A stretch of DNA of 64,000 nt from an uncultured Bacteroides sp. (GTDB taxonomy: Bacteria > Bacteroidota > Bacteroidia > Bacteroidales > Bacteroidaceae). The stretch lies in assembly GCA_900556625.1 (NCBI GenBank), contig USPQ01000007.1, forward strand, positions 1,814 to 65,813, read 5' to 3'. Numbering within the stretch: position 1 is the stretch's first letter; each line of letters starts with the position of its first letter. The notes under the pieces were generated by a model. It did not search any database, had not been told where the DNA came from, and worked only from the letters and a program-made list of their open reading frames with translations. Of the stretch, positions 20,769 to 30,890 are shown in pieces. The position numbers and the translations under genes are program-made.

Positions 20769-21989
20769 ATGAAAAAGATTGTAGTAGGTCTGGCTGTGGT
20801 GTTAGGTTTCTGTACGTGTGCTCATCAGCCTTCCGGTACATTGGATGTGAATAAGGCATTGGACTACTGCGCAAAGCAGACACAACGTACACTTACGGAA
20901 CTGAAAACAGATTCCGGAATTGACTATACGATGATGCCGCGCAATATCATGGCTGACGAACAACATTGGAATTGTCGTAAGGCGACGAAGGAGGAGTGGT
21001 GTGCTGGTTTTTGGCCAGGAGTACTTTGGTATGATTACGAATATACAAAAGATAAGCAAGTGTTGGAAGAAGCGGAGAATTTCACTCACTCATTGAAGTT
21101 TCTTTCTCATATTCCAGCTTACGATCACGATTTGGGATTTCTTGTATTTTGTAGCTACGGAAATGGTTACCGCCTGACCAAGAATCCGGCATATAAACAG
21201 GTGATATTGGACACTGCCGATACATTGGCTACCTTGTTCAATCCAATTGTAGGAACAATTCTTTCATGGCCTCGTGAGGTAGAACCGCGTAATTGGCCTC
21301 ACAATACAATCATGGACAATATGATTAATCTGGAAATGCTTTTCTGGGCAGCTAAGAATGGCGGTAATCCTTATTTGTATGACATTGCCGTGTCTCATGC
21401 GGACAAAACGATGAAAAGCCAGTTCCGTCCTGATTATACTTCTTATCATGTGGCTGTATATGATACAATCACAGGCAATCTGATTAAAGGTGTTACTCAC
21501 CAGGGATATGCAGATAGTACAATGTGGGCGCGTGGACAAGCATGGGCTATTTATGGATATACTGTGGTCTATCGTGAGACAAAAGATCCTAAATACTTGG
21601 ATTTTGCTCAGAAGGTAACGGATGTTTATTTGGATAGACTCCCTGAGGATAAAGTTCCTTATTGGGATTTTGATGATCCGAGTATACCGGATGCTCCCCG
21701 TGATGCTTCGGCAGGAGCGGTGGTTGCTTCTGCTTTGCTCGAATTGTCTACCTATCTTCCTAATGGAACAGGAAAACGTTATAAGGATGCGGCAATCGAG
21801 ATGTTGACGAGTCTCAGCTCCGACAGTTACCAGAGTGGTGAAAGTAAACCTTCTTTCTTGCTTCATAGTGTAGGACACTGGCCGAATCACTCGGAAATAG
21901 ACGCTTCTATCATTTATGCTGATTACTATTATATCGAAGCGTTGTTGAGGTTGAAACGTCTGCAAGAAGGATACGGAGTGCTTGGATAA
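20769..21989 (+). CDS. GH88 unsaturated glucuronyl hydrolase
   Basis: WCAGFWPG, HDLGF, IMDNMINL, WARGQAW, DASA, YADYYYIEAL. Confidence 0.9.
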   Translation: MKKIVVGLAVVLGFCTCAHQPSGTLDVNKALDYCAKQTQRTLTELKTDSGIDYTMMPRNIMADEQHWNCRKATKEEWCAGFWPGVLWYDYEYTKDKQVLEEAENFTHSLKFLSHIPAYDHDLGFLVFCSYGNGYRLTKNPAYKQVILDTADTLATLFNPIVGTILSWPREVEPRNWPHNTIMDNMINLEMLFWAAKNGGNPYLYDIAVSHADKTMKSQFRPDYTSYHVAVYDTITGNLIKGVTHQGYADSTMWARGQAWAIYGYTVVYRETKDPKYLDFAQKVTDVYLDRLPEDKVPYWDFDDPSIPDAPRDASAGAVVASALLELSTYLPNGTGKRYKDAAIEMLTSLSSDSYQSGESKPSFLLHSVGHWPNHSEIDASIIYADYYYIEALLRLKRLQEGYGVLG

Positions 21990-22020
21990 TAAGGCTCTTT
22001 TGAATACTGGTAAGAATAAT

Positions 22021-22062
22021 AAATGCTCTGCAAGAAAGATTTATTCGTTGCAGAGCATTTTT
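22021..22062. terminator. Bidirectional terminator ending the PUL
   Basis: aaatgctctgcaa / ttgcagagcattt between convergent genes. Confidence 0.85.
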
Positions 22063-22083
22063 ACTGGTTAGGTTTAGGGCTAT

Positions 22084-22560
22084 TTATTGTTTTACCTTAA
22101 TGATGTCATAATTCAAATCACTAACGGCTTCCTGTAGGCTGTCATTTACCAATCGAAGAGTTGTATCATTCACAATTACGAAATACATGGGAGCTTCACC
22201 ACTTTTCGGGGTTAATTTGACTGCAGTAACAGGTTTTTTGTTTACCACCTTATGTATTGTCTGTTGCTTTCCATTGGAAGTGAAAGTCTTGTTCTGACCT
22301 TGGCCTTGAGCGTCCAGGTAAGTCATATCCAGTGTGTAAGTAGTATCAACACCATCAGTTGCAGCATTCAGGGTTAACACATAATCGATACCCGGACCAT
22401 CGGCAGCAGGAAGAGTACCGGCATAGACTTCTGTCATTTCGGTAATCGGAGTCATAGCGAGGGCAAGACTGTCTGCTTGTGCCTCTGCGGCTTTGTTGGC
22501 TTTTGATTGGCAAGATGCCAAAGCAGCTACGACGGCTGCTAACATAATTACTTTTTTCAT
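22084..22560 (-). CDS. NlpE N-terminal-domain lipoprotein
   Basis: Lipobox LASC; YAGTLPAADGPGIDYVLTL (lacks the NlpE CxxC). Confidence 0.7.
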   Translation of the reverse strand: MKKVIMLAAVVAALASCQSKANKAAEAQADSLALAMTPITEMTEVYAGTLPAADGPGIDYVLTLNAATDGVDTTYTLDMTYLDAQGQGQNKTFTSNGKQQTIHKVVNKKPVTAVKLTPKSGEAPMYFVIVNDTTLRLVNDSLQEAVSDLNYDIIKVKQ

Positions 22561-22613
22561 TGCTAAGTGCTTTAAGTTAATATAAATATAGTGAGCTATC
22601 GCTCGGTTTTACT

Positions 22614-23900
22614 TTATTCCTCTTCCCGTTTGATGACAAGTAGTTTGTCTACTCGTCCCCGATCCATATCCACTACTTCGAATTGCAGATTCTTGTATGT
22701 GAAGATGTCTCCGGCTTTCGGGATACGACCAATCAGGAACATTGCCAGTCCGCCTAAAGTTGTGAAGTCTTCGGATTTCAGGTTTTCGTATGATAAAATT
22801 CCCATCTCTTCCATAAAATCGTCAATGTTCATTGAAGCTTCTACCAACATCGAACCATCCTGCCTTGTGACGATTTCTTCTTCTTCCGTTTCGTCCTCTT
22901 CAAGGATGTCTCCGAAGATACTTTCCGTCAGGTCGTGCAGTGTGATAATACCTTCCGTACTACCATACTCGTTAACAACAACTCCGAACTTGTTTTTGTT
23001 CTTCTTAAATAGCTCTAAAACTTTATTTGCATACAAACTTTCCGGAATAAAGAGAGGGGGACGGGCTATTTCACATAAGTTAAACTTCTGCTGGTTACCG
23101 ACCATCAGGATAATATCTTTCACGGACACTACACCGATAATCTCATCTTTCCGTTCGTCTACCAATAGATATTTGCTGTAATGTTCCTCTTCGATCACTT
23201 TCATTACCTTTTCCCGCGTATCATCCGGATGAAGGATAATGAGATCCCTGCGGTGTGTCATCAACTCATTGGCTCGCTTGTCCGAGAAGCGGAACACATC
23301 ACGTATCATTTCCGTTTCCTCTTTGTCAATCACACCCTGTTCCGAGCTTTGGTGAAGAATCATCTTAATCTCCTCCTGTGTCATAGGGCGTTCTTCACTT
23401 TTCAGACCGATGAGCTTATTCAACAAACGGGTGGATATACTGAGTAACCAGACAAAGGGGTAGGAGACTTTTGTCAGCAGAATCATAATCGGACTGAATA
23501 AGATGGCATATTTCTCCGGATTACTAAGAGCAATGGATTTAGGGACCAATTCTCCGATAATGAGAGAAAGATAGGTAATGACTGCTACCGTAGTAATCAT
23601 GGCAAGATTATGCGCATAAGCTTCAGCTCCCGGAATAAGGGAGAATAGAGGAACGAGATCATCGGCAATGGCTACTCCACCATACGCACCGGATACGATA
23701 CCGATCAGGGTAATACCTATCTGGATGGTGGATAAGAACTTTTCCGGTTCTTCCAACTGTTTCAGAACTCCGCGTGCGGATTTGTTACCTTTAGCGACAA
23801 GTGTTTCAAGACGTGCTTTGCTGGATGATACCAGCGCAATTTCATACATGGCAAAAATGCCATTCAGTATGAGTAAGAAAAGAATTATAAGAAATTCCAT
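22614..23900 (-). CDS. HlyC/CorC-family CNNM-CBS membrane protein
   Basis: FLSTIQIGIT, GELVPK, CBS pair, TTLGGL CorC domain. Confidence 0.9.
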   Translation of the reverse strand: MEFLIILFLLILNGIFAMYEIALVSSSKARLETLVAKGNKSARGVLKQLEEPEKFLSTIQIGITLIGIVSGAYGGVAIADDLVPLFSLIPGAEAYAHNLAMITTVAVITYLSLIIGELVPKSIALSNPEKYAILFSPIMILLTKVSYPFVWLLSISTRLLNKLIGLKSEERPMTQEEIKMILHQSSEQGVIDKEETEMIRDVFRFSDKRANELMTHRRDLIILHPDDTREKVMKVIEEEHYSKYLLVDERKDEIIGVVSVKDIILMVGNQQKFNLCEIARPPLFIPESLYANKVLELFKKNKNKFGVVVNEYGSTEGIITLHDLTESIFGDILEEDETEEEEIVTRQDGSMLVEASMNIDDFMEEMGILSYENLKSEDFTTLGGLAMFLIGRIPKAGDIFTYKNLQFEVVDMDRGRVDKLLVIKREEE

Positions 23901-24014
23901 AAATGGATTAAAATGGTTATTGCTTCGAAATTACATGAAATCAAGACACTATGCAAATCTGTGTAATAGATTAATGATTTTTTAATACTAGTGGATTCTT
24001 TTTATCGGAAAAAG

Positions 24015-24056
24015 AAAAGGAGATACAAAGGTTGTAAAACCAACGTATCTCCTTTT
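24015..24056 (-). terminator. Terminator downstream of M48 peptidase
   Basis: aaaaggagatac / gtatctcctttt inverted repeat. Confidence 0.7.
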
Positions 24057-24082
24057 TCCGTCCAATTCAGGAAGGATGTCTG

Positions 24083-24868
24083 TTATTTTTTAGCATAAGT
24101 ATCCGCCTTTGCTTTGGCTCGCTCGATTCGCTTCATTGTATCGGGATGTGAAGAGAACATCTTTTGGAGATAAGAAGGCTTTTCTGCACCTTCTGAGAGT
24201 TTTGCCAGCTTGGTCAGCGAATTAGCCATGGCATAAGGGTCGATACCATTCTTTACACAGAACTCTACACCATAATCGTCGGCTTCGCCTTCTTGTTTTT
24301 GTGAATATTGCGCACCTGCCAATGCTTCGGCCATAGCTCCGAGTTCAGAGTCGGTCAGTTTGGCAACCTTGTCGCTGGTAGCACCAGCTGCATTCTTTAC
24401 AGCCGAACGAAGGTAGGCGTTCTTCATGGCGTCTTTTGAATCGGTATGAACTACATGACCGATTTCGTGACCTACTACGGCCATGACTTCTTCGTCAGTC
24501 ATTACATCCATTAGTCCGGCACAGATACGTACACTACCGTCACCACAGGCAAATGCATTGATATCTACTACTTCATATACGCCGAAGTTCAGTTTTAGCC
24601 CGTCTACTTCTTTAATATGACCGGTCAGTTTTTCCAGGCGTTTGCCGTATTCCGTATCCGGTTTGGTCAATGGATTGTGAGTGTCCATCCATTCCATGTA
24701 TTCCTTACTCATGTTGGCAATATCGGCATCAGATAATGTTACGGCTGATACTACGTCTTTGCCGGCTTGTAATGCTTTCCCTAAATTAAACTTTTTACCG
24801 AACTGTGCAGATGCTGTCATGCCCATTCCTAAGAGGATAAAGGCGATCATAGTAATTTGTCTTTTCAT
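24083..24868 (-). CDS. M48-family metallopeptidase (LoiP-like)
   Basis: INAFAC, HEIGH zinc motif, EGEAD, SSHP; start at MKRQ signal peptide. Confidence 0.85.
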   Translation of the reverse strand: MKRQITMIAFILLGMGMTASAQFGKKFNLGKALQAGKDVVSAVTLSDADIANMSKEYMEWMDTHNPLTKPDTEYGKRLEKLTGHIKEVDGLKLNFGVYEVVDINAFACGDGSVRICAGLMDVMTDEEVMAVVGHEIGHVVHTDSKDAMKNAYLRSAVKNAAGATSDKVAKLTDSELGAMAEALAGAQYSQKQEGEADDYGVEFCVKNGIDPYAMANSLTKLAKLSEGAEKPSYLQKMFSSHPDTMKRIERAKAKADTYAKK

Positions 24869-24887
24869 ACTTTTAAAGGTTTTTATA

Positions 24888-27266
24888 TTAATATTCAAAT
24901 GTAATTCCTAAGGTAGGGAGTAAGGTCCCACTTGACTGCTTGATACGTTTCATTCTATAATGCTGACTATCGGCTGGAGCTTCCGGGTTATCGATAACAC
25001 CGGTACTCATCAGTACGTCCTGTTGTTTTAGTTTGCTTACGGTGATATTCTGCAAATCCAGATAGAATCCCAGCATACAGTGTTTCAGGTAAAAAGTCTT
25101 ATCCACACGGATATCTACTTGGGCAAAGGCGGGAAGGCGTTCCTTATTATACTTCGAATAGTCATAATATGCCTTTCCTTGTGCATCCCAGGCAGATACC
25201 AGAGAGGATTTCTCTTCATCGTAGGGGGTATAGGGAGCACCGCCGATACAACTGACTTTCATTCCGACACTCCATAGATGCGGGAGATTGTAAGTTCCCC
25301 GTAGATTGAAGATATATCGGTTATCCCATGCGGATGCGATGTATTCACTTTCTTTATTGTTACGGTATTCACTTTTGAACAGGGTGAAAGAAGAAGCCAG
25401 GTTCAACTTTTTGGCAATTAACCATTTTACTAAGATTTCTGCTCCATAAGAACGCCCTTGTGCGGTGGAAGTTAGCAGTTCATTGCCAATCACTCCGTAA
25501 TCATTTCCTTTGCAGGCCAGTGGAATGCCGTCTACAACGGAGAGCGGAATCTTATCATAATCTTTGTAGAATCCTTCAATGGAAACTTCAAAAGTATCTC
25601 CTTTCCGCCAACTGACTCCCAAACTTTCCTGACTGACTTTCATATAGCGGAGGTTGTATTTGTTGGCGTATGCTCCATGATTGTTTTTAAATCCAAGCGC
25701 TGTATATGGAGGAAGCTGATAATAAAGTCCGGCATTGCCGCTTACAAACCAGTGATCGGTTAACTGGTAAGAAAGTGATATACGGGGTGATAATTGGTCG
25801 GAGAGGGATTTCATTGCCGATGAATAGTTATTGGCATCGGCCCGTAACCCTAAAGAAGCAGTGAAACGTTCATCCATTGAAGAATAATTGACAGTACCGA
25901 AAATTCCCCATCGTAAAATATCCAGATAGGTGTGATAGTCGAATATTTGTGCCTGATTCGTATATATCTTTTGAAAAGTTGTATTAGAGTATTGGCTATA
26001 ATCTAAGTTCACTCCAAGATTGATTTTCCAGTTTCGGATAGAGGATTTGTTCTCGAAACGGAACTTCGTTTCTTGTTCGGTAGAACGGAGGCGAAGCATT
26101 AGATTGTCCGGAACACTTTCGTCATTCTGGCGGTATTTCGTGTTACGGTTGTTCAGATAACTGTGGCTGACGACTATTGATTGTACATGTGCTCCTGCGT
26201 AGTGTCGGTAAACAGAGCCCAATGTAAACGTCTCCTGCTTGATCTTAGGCAGGTAGCTGAGAATGTATTCGTTGTCTTCACTATCCGCTTTTGTGTTCAA
26301 GCGCATATTGTCGATTCCTCCCAATCCTAAAATAGTCAGTTCATTTTGTTTGTCGAACCTGGTTTTCAATTTGAACTGTACGTCTGTGAAGGTCGGCAAG
26401 AAAGGGAGGTCAAGCATATCAAAAAGGAATTGCAGATAGGATTGGCGTACGGATACCAGATAAGAAGTTTTTTCCCCGATATGCCCGTTGGAAGCAAGGG
26501 AGACTTCAGAAGCTCCAAGAGTTGCTTTCAGCGAGTTGCGTTCCATATCTCCGTCACGTAATTTGAAATCTAGGACAGAACTGAGTGCATTCCCTTTATC
26601 TGTAGGAAAAGCACCGGTATAAAAATTGACTTCACGTATCAAGTCGGCATTGAGGATACCTACGGGACCACCGGAAGCTCCTTGCGTGCTGAAATGGTTG
26701 ATGTTGGGAATTTCTATTCCGTCCAGATAAAAACGGTTTTCAGAAGGGGAACCGCCACGTACAATCAAGTCGTTGCGGTAGCCTATTGGTGAAAAGGCAA
26801 CTCCGGGATAAGACTGTACGATTCGTGAGATGTCCCGGTTGGCTCCCGGACTCTTTTCTATTTCTTGTAGTCCTATGATACGCAGGCTGACAGGGCTTTC
26901 CAAATCACGCCGAAAAGGGGAAGCAGTGACAGTAATGCCTTCGAGCTCCGTCAGGTTCTCTTCCATCTCTATCGAGATATTTAAATTCCTGGTGGACAAG
27001 ATATATTCAGGCGTAGTGACACTTTTGTAGCCGATAGCTGTTGCTTGTAAACGATAGATACCGGGAGGTACCTGCTCTATTGTAAAGTGTCCTTCTGCAT
27101 TGGTTACGCCACCTTTATTCAGTCCGATGATCGTTACATTGATAAACTCTAATGGTTGACGGCTGTTTTTGTCTATTACTGTTCCTTTTATCTGATGCAC
27201 AGGTTGAGCTTGAATCAGGAGAAGCAGAAAACTGCAAAAAAAGAAAAAGGTAAGAAGTCGCTTCAT
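24888..27266 (-). CDS. TonB-dependent receptor
   Basis: N-terminal carboxypeptidase-regulatory-like domain, VRGG...EN plug, terminal aromatic residue. Confidence 0.85.
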   Translation of the reverse strand: MKRLLTFFFFCSFLLLLIQAQPVHQIKGTVIDKNSRQPLEFINVTIIGLNKGGVTNAEGHFTIEQVPPGIYRLQATAIGYKSVTTPEYILSTRNLNISIEMEENLTELEGITVTASPFRRDLESPVSLRIIGLQEIEKSPGANRDISRIVQSYPGVAFSPIGYRNDLIVRGGSPSENRFYLDGIEIPNINHFSTQGASGGPVGILNADLIREVNFYTGAFPTDKGNALSSVLDFKLRDGDMERNSLKATLGASEVSLASNGHIGEKTSYLVSVRQSYLQFLFDMLDLPFLPTFTDVQFKLKTRFDKQNELTILGLGGIDNMRLNTKADSEDNEYILSYLPKIKQETFTLGSVYRHYAGAHVQSIVVSHSYLNNRNTKYRQNDESVPDNLMLRLRSTEQETKFRFENKSSIRNWKINLGVNLDYSQYSNTTFQKIYTNQAQIFDYHTYLDILRWGIFGTVNYSSMDERFTASLGLRADANNYSSAMKSLSDQLSPRISLSYQLTDHWFVSGNAGLYYQLPPYTALGFKNNHGAYANKYNLRYMKVSQESLGVSWRKGDTFEVSIEGFYKDYDKIPLSVVDGIPLACKGNDYGVIGNELLTSTAQGRSYGAEILVKWLIAKKLNLASSFTLFKSEYRNNKESEYIASAWDNRYIFNLRGTYNLPHLWSVGMKVSCIGGAPYTPYDEEKSSLVSAWDAQGKAYYDYSKYNKERLPAFAQVDIRVDKTFYLKHCMLGFYLDLQNITVSKLKQQDVLMSTGVIDNPEAPADSQHYRMKRIKQSSGTLLPTLGITFEY

Positions 27267-27456
27267 ACAATTAGAGTTTAGTGGTGCAAAAATAATTAAA
27301 TTGTTTTATTTCTCGTTTATAAGTTCTATTTTTGTGAGACCTATTAGACAGATTCTTTGATGAAAATGTAAATTTGATTACTGGCAATGATGCGATGAAG
27401 GCACACATTGTTCAGAAGACACGGAAGAATTATATATTAAAATAAAATAATACACA

Positions 27457-28269
27457 ATGAAAAAACTTCTGTTAATTACTCTTTTTCTTGGTTGGGCAGC
27501 TCTCTCTTTTGCTGCCAAAGTAGATACCTTATTGATTAAAAGTCCTTCCATGAATAAGGATGTGAAGGTGGTGGTAGTAACTCCAGATGTAGCATTGGGG
27601 AAAAAAGCGCTAGCTTGCCCCGTTCTTTATCTGCTACACGGCTACGGAGGAAATGCCAAAACATGGATTGGAATAAAACCGAATCTTCCACAAATAGCGG
27701 ATGAAAAGGGAATGATTTTTGTTTGTCCTGATGGGAAAAATAGCTGGTACTGGGATAGTCCGCTCAATCCGTCATATCGTTACGAGACGTTCATTTCATC
27801 GGAGTTGGTTAAGTATATTGACGAGCATTATAAAACGATTGCTGATCGGAAAGGACGTGCCATTACCGGATTGAGTATGGGTGGACATGGAGCAATGTGG
27901 AATGCGATCCGTCATAAAGATATATTTGGCGGTGCTGGAACGACAAGTGGTGGAATGGATATCCGTCCTTTCCCGAAGAACTGGGAAATGTCCAAGCAGT
28001 TAGGAGATTATGATTCAAATAAAGAAGTGTGGGATAATCATACTGTTATCAATCTGATCGATGGTCTTGAAAATGGAGATTTAGCCATTATAATCGATTG
28101 TGGTGAGAGCGATTTCTTCCTGAAGGTGAATCAGAATTTACACCATCGTTTGTTGGAGAAAAAGATTGACCATGATTTTATTACCCGTCCGGGAGCGCAT
28201 AACGGACAGTATTGGAATAACTCTATTGACTATCAGATACTTTTCTTCGATAAGTTTTTCAAGAAATAA
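27457..28269 (+). CDS. Secreted alpha/beta esterase (CE1-like)
   Basis: LYLLHGYGG, GLSMGG, GAHN; signal peptide. Confidence 0.85.
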   Translation: MKKLLLITLFLGWAALSFAAKVDTLLIKSPSMNKDVKVVVVTPDVALGKKALACPVLYLLHGYGGNAKTWIGIKPNLPQIADEKGMIFVCPDGKNSWYWDSPLNPSYRYETFISSELVKYIDEHYKTIADRKGRAITGLSMGGHGAMWNAIRHKDIFGGAGTTSGGMDIRPFPKNWEMSKQLGDYDSNKEVWDNHTVINLIDGLENGDLAIIIDCGESDFFLKVNQNLHHRLLEKKIDHDFITRPGAHNGQYWNNSIDYQILFFDKFFKK

Positions 28270-28360
28270 ATTGTATTGATATGATTGGCGCATTATATTA
28301 GTGCCATGATTGTGCCGCTTCTTTGTCACAGTTATCTTTTTAGGAGCCCAATGGGGCTCC

Positions 28361-29233
28361 TTATTCAATGGCAATTGATATGTTCTGAGTATTGATCTTA
28401 TTGGAATAATGTGTGCGGCTATAAATGCTCGTAGGTTTTCCTTCGTTGTCGAATGTATAAGAATAAGTAGTATATTCATTATTATTGTTTTCAGGAGTGG
28501 AGCGGGCTACCAGATGTTGTGTCGGCTTGCCTAAGATTCCGGCAAATAGGGCGCATTGGTGGAATGAAAGCGGATAAGTTTCTAATAAATCCAAACAGGG
28601 CAGGCGATAGTAATTGATTGTTTCTCCGGCTTCATACATTATTTTATTTTCTCCGTAATCAGTGAAAGATTCATTTGTCAGTGACGGGGAAGTAACACTG
28701 ATCAGCTCTCCGTATTGATAAACAAGCGACAGGGTATGGGAAGCGTTTTCGGGCTGTAGTGTACCATTTATAGATGTAATATTTTCATGCAGTTGAGTTA
28801 AGTATCCGTCTGTATATGTAAAATTATATTGGCGTATTTGGGAAATGGTCGTGTATGTACATTGAGTTGCATAACCTTGTTCATTCAATGTATATATCCA
28901 TTTGTTATCTTCACTATCTATCATGGTGACAAGGTTGTTCTCATATTGTAAAGTTACCTGATGAGAAAGTTCCTGTACAATTTCCTCACCAATGCTGATT
29001 GACTGTGTATTGGTATAGGATGTGAGCTTATTATCCGTATATGCATACTCATTCTTTATAGTGTTGATAGCAGTGGAGGTGGTCATATATGTCTCTTCAA
29101 CTTCGGTCATTACCATTTTAGACATTGTCGGAACAGGTATATTAATCTCATTCCACGTCTTCTCTTTCTCATCATCGTCGGAACAACTGAAAAGTAGAAT
29201 AGTGGTGATAAATAGTAGAACTACTTTTTTCAT
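28361..29233 (-). CDS. Hypothetical surface lipoprotein (DUF4595-like)
   Basis: LFSC-SDDD lipobox with acidic export signal; YTLNEQGYA, YTFDNEG repeats. Confidence 0.6.
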   Translation of the reverse strand: MKKVVLLFITTILLFSCSDDDEKEKTWNEINIPVPTMSKMVMTEVEETYMTTSTAINTIKNEYAYTDNKLTSYTNTQSISIGEEIVQELSHQVTLQYENNLVTMIDSEDNKWIYTLNEQGYATQCTYTTISQIRQYNFTYTDGYLTQLHENITSINGTLQPENASHTLSLVYQYGELISVTSPSLTNESFTDYGENKIMYEAGETINYYRLPCLDLLETYPLSFHQCALFAGILGKPTQHLVARSTPENNNNEYTTYSYTFDNEGKPTSIYSRTHYSNKINTQNISIAIE

Positions 29234-29244
29234 TTTAAATGTTA

Positions 29245-30714
29245 TTAAAGCCTTAGCCCTTTACTGCTAAAACGTCGGCTGGCTGGACTGCTTACACTCT
29301 TTTCGACCTTGAAGCGAGTCTGTGGTGTACTTTCTTCTGGAGTTTCGTCATCTTTAGGCGGATATGTACCGTCCAATACTCCTATGGCGATCTTCAGCAA
29401 TCTTTCACTTTTACCATCCTTGTCGAATGTACCGAATGGTAGGAATTCACTGTAATTTGTACTCCCATCTATTGTGGTTTCACTGACTTTTAAATCGGTA
29501 GCTGGAGAAATGGCACCATAAGTATCGTGTTGGGAATTGTAAACTGTACATACTACCGGGTTGACCGACCATAGAAATTCTTCATTAATAAACTGTTCTG
29601 TTGCTACATTTTGTCCCTTCGTCGAACTGCCTACAGTAGCAATGGGATATGTATCCTCTAAAAAAAGACTTCTAATGAGCATTTCCGGTGCTCCCATTGT
29701 CGTTCCGCTGGTAATGGCGATTAAACTGTGTAAGTTTAAATTGATCTCCCTATCTGTACCGAACAGAATAGTGGCGTCTTTATCCGTATTTTTATCATTA
29801 TATTCAAGATAAGCCATTGGCTCTCCTAAACGGTCGGCTGAGGTCAGAATAGTACCTAACAACTGAACACAATCCATTGAACCTCCCTCATTGTAACGAA
29901 GGTCAAGAATAACAGCTTGTACGCCTGCTTCCTTAAACTTTTGCGAGACACTGCGTAATTCATTGTTGTATTTTTCCGGTTCGGCTTTTGTACCGGCTGT
30001 GAAGCTATTGTACATGAGATAGCCTACCCTTATCTTTTTGACCGGCGACTCAATAATCTCATATTTATGTACGGGATTGTCTTCTACTATCTGTGCTGCA
30101 GGCATTTCAACGGGGTCATCTATTGGAACAACTCTATATTCCATCGTCGGTCCTTCATCTTCTCCGTCACCTCCCTCATTTCCGTCTTCTTCATCTTCTA
30201 TTTCCACCTCTTTCCACTCGCCCAAAGTCAGTTTTACGGCTTTAGTTCCTTGCAATAAATATGTCTCATATTTCTTACTAATGTAGGAAGTGTCTACTTT
30301 CATGATCCAATCACCGCGTTCTAAACCCGCCTGTGCGGCAGGGGAACCTGGAATAACGTAAGTAATCAAAGCGTTGTAGGCAGTGTCAATATCCGGATTT
30401 CTAACTAATGAATAATCAAATCCATATGTGGGCAATGGGGTTGCCATAACAGAGTCTACAAATGAATAACTATCCTGCTTCGATTTCACTTTAGACAGGA
30501 AAGAGGCAGGTTCTACAAATAAATTTACATCATCATAGGAAGGTAGCTCCTGATACCATAGATAGTTCTGTTGCATGATGTCTAATATCCATGTATCCAA
30601 TGCTGTTTGGTGGGCATACTCCGGCCAGCGGTCAACACCACAGGAGAAGAAGCCACTGAGAGATACGATGGTCAGGGCGGGTATAAGGATTATCTTTCTT
30701 AATTTCGTCATCAT
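29245..30714 (-). CDS. S41-family PDZ peptidase-like lipoprotein, probably catalytically inactive
   Basis: FFSC lipobox, GSPAAQAGLERGD (PDZ), ILDLRYNEGG; active-site motifs read TMGAPE and TKGQ. Confidence 0.75.
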   Translation of the reverse strand: MMTKLRKIILIPALTIVSLSGFFSCGVDRWPEYAHQTALDTWILDIMQQNYLWYQELPSYDDVNLFVEPASFLSKVKSKQDSYSFVDSVMATPLPTYGFDYSLVRNPDIDTAYNALITYVIPGSPAAQAGLERGDWIMKVDTSYISKKYETYLLQGTKAVKLTLGEWKEVEIEDEEDGNEGGDGEDEGPTMEYRVVPIDDPVEMPAAQIVEDNPVHKYEIIESPVKKIRVGYLMYNSFTAGTKAEPEKYNNELRSVSQKFKEAGVQAVILDLRYNEGGSMDCVQLLGTILTSADRLGEPMAYLEYNDKNTDKDATILFGTDREINLNLHSLIAITSGTTMGAPEMLIRSLFLEDTYPIATVGSSTKGQNVATEQFINEEFLWSVNPVVCTVYNSQHDTYGAISPATDLKVSETTIDGSTNYSEFLPFGTFDKDGKSERLLKIAIGVLDGTYPPKDDETPEESTPQTRFKVEKSVSSPASRRFSSKGLRL

Positions 30715-30890
30715 AAAAAGCTTTTCACGTTGCAAATGTAGGAAATACTTTGCTTATCTACCACATTTATGGTATAAAAATGCCTTTAATGTGTGATTGG
30801 CTGTTAGAGAATCCTGCGTTATCTTTGTGCTTCCAAAATTATCAATAGGCATTAGTAAAATAGAATAAGTGATTAATAAACGGTAATTTC

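Noticed and set aside
22591..23181. 196-aa plus-strand ORF
   Set aside because: Antisense to the HlyC/CorC gene; Ser-rich shadow translation
27381..27420. Fluoride-riboswitch-like ggcaatga start in esterase leader
   Set aside because: Required pairing and downstream conserved elements absent; gene context unrelated
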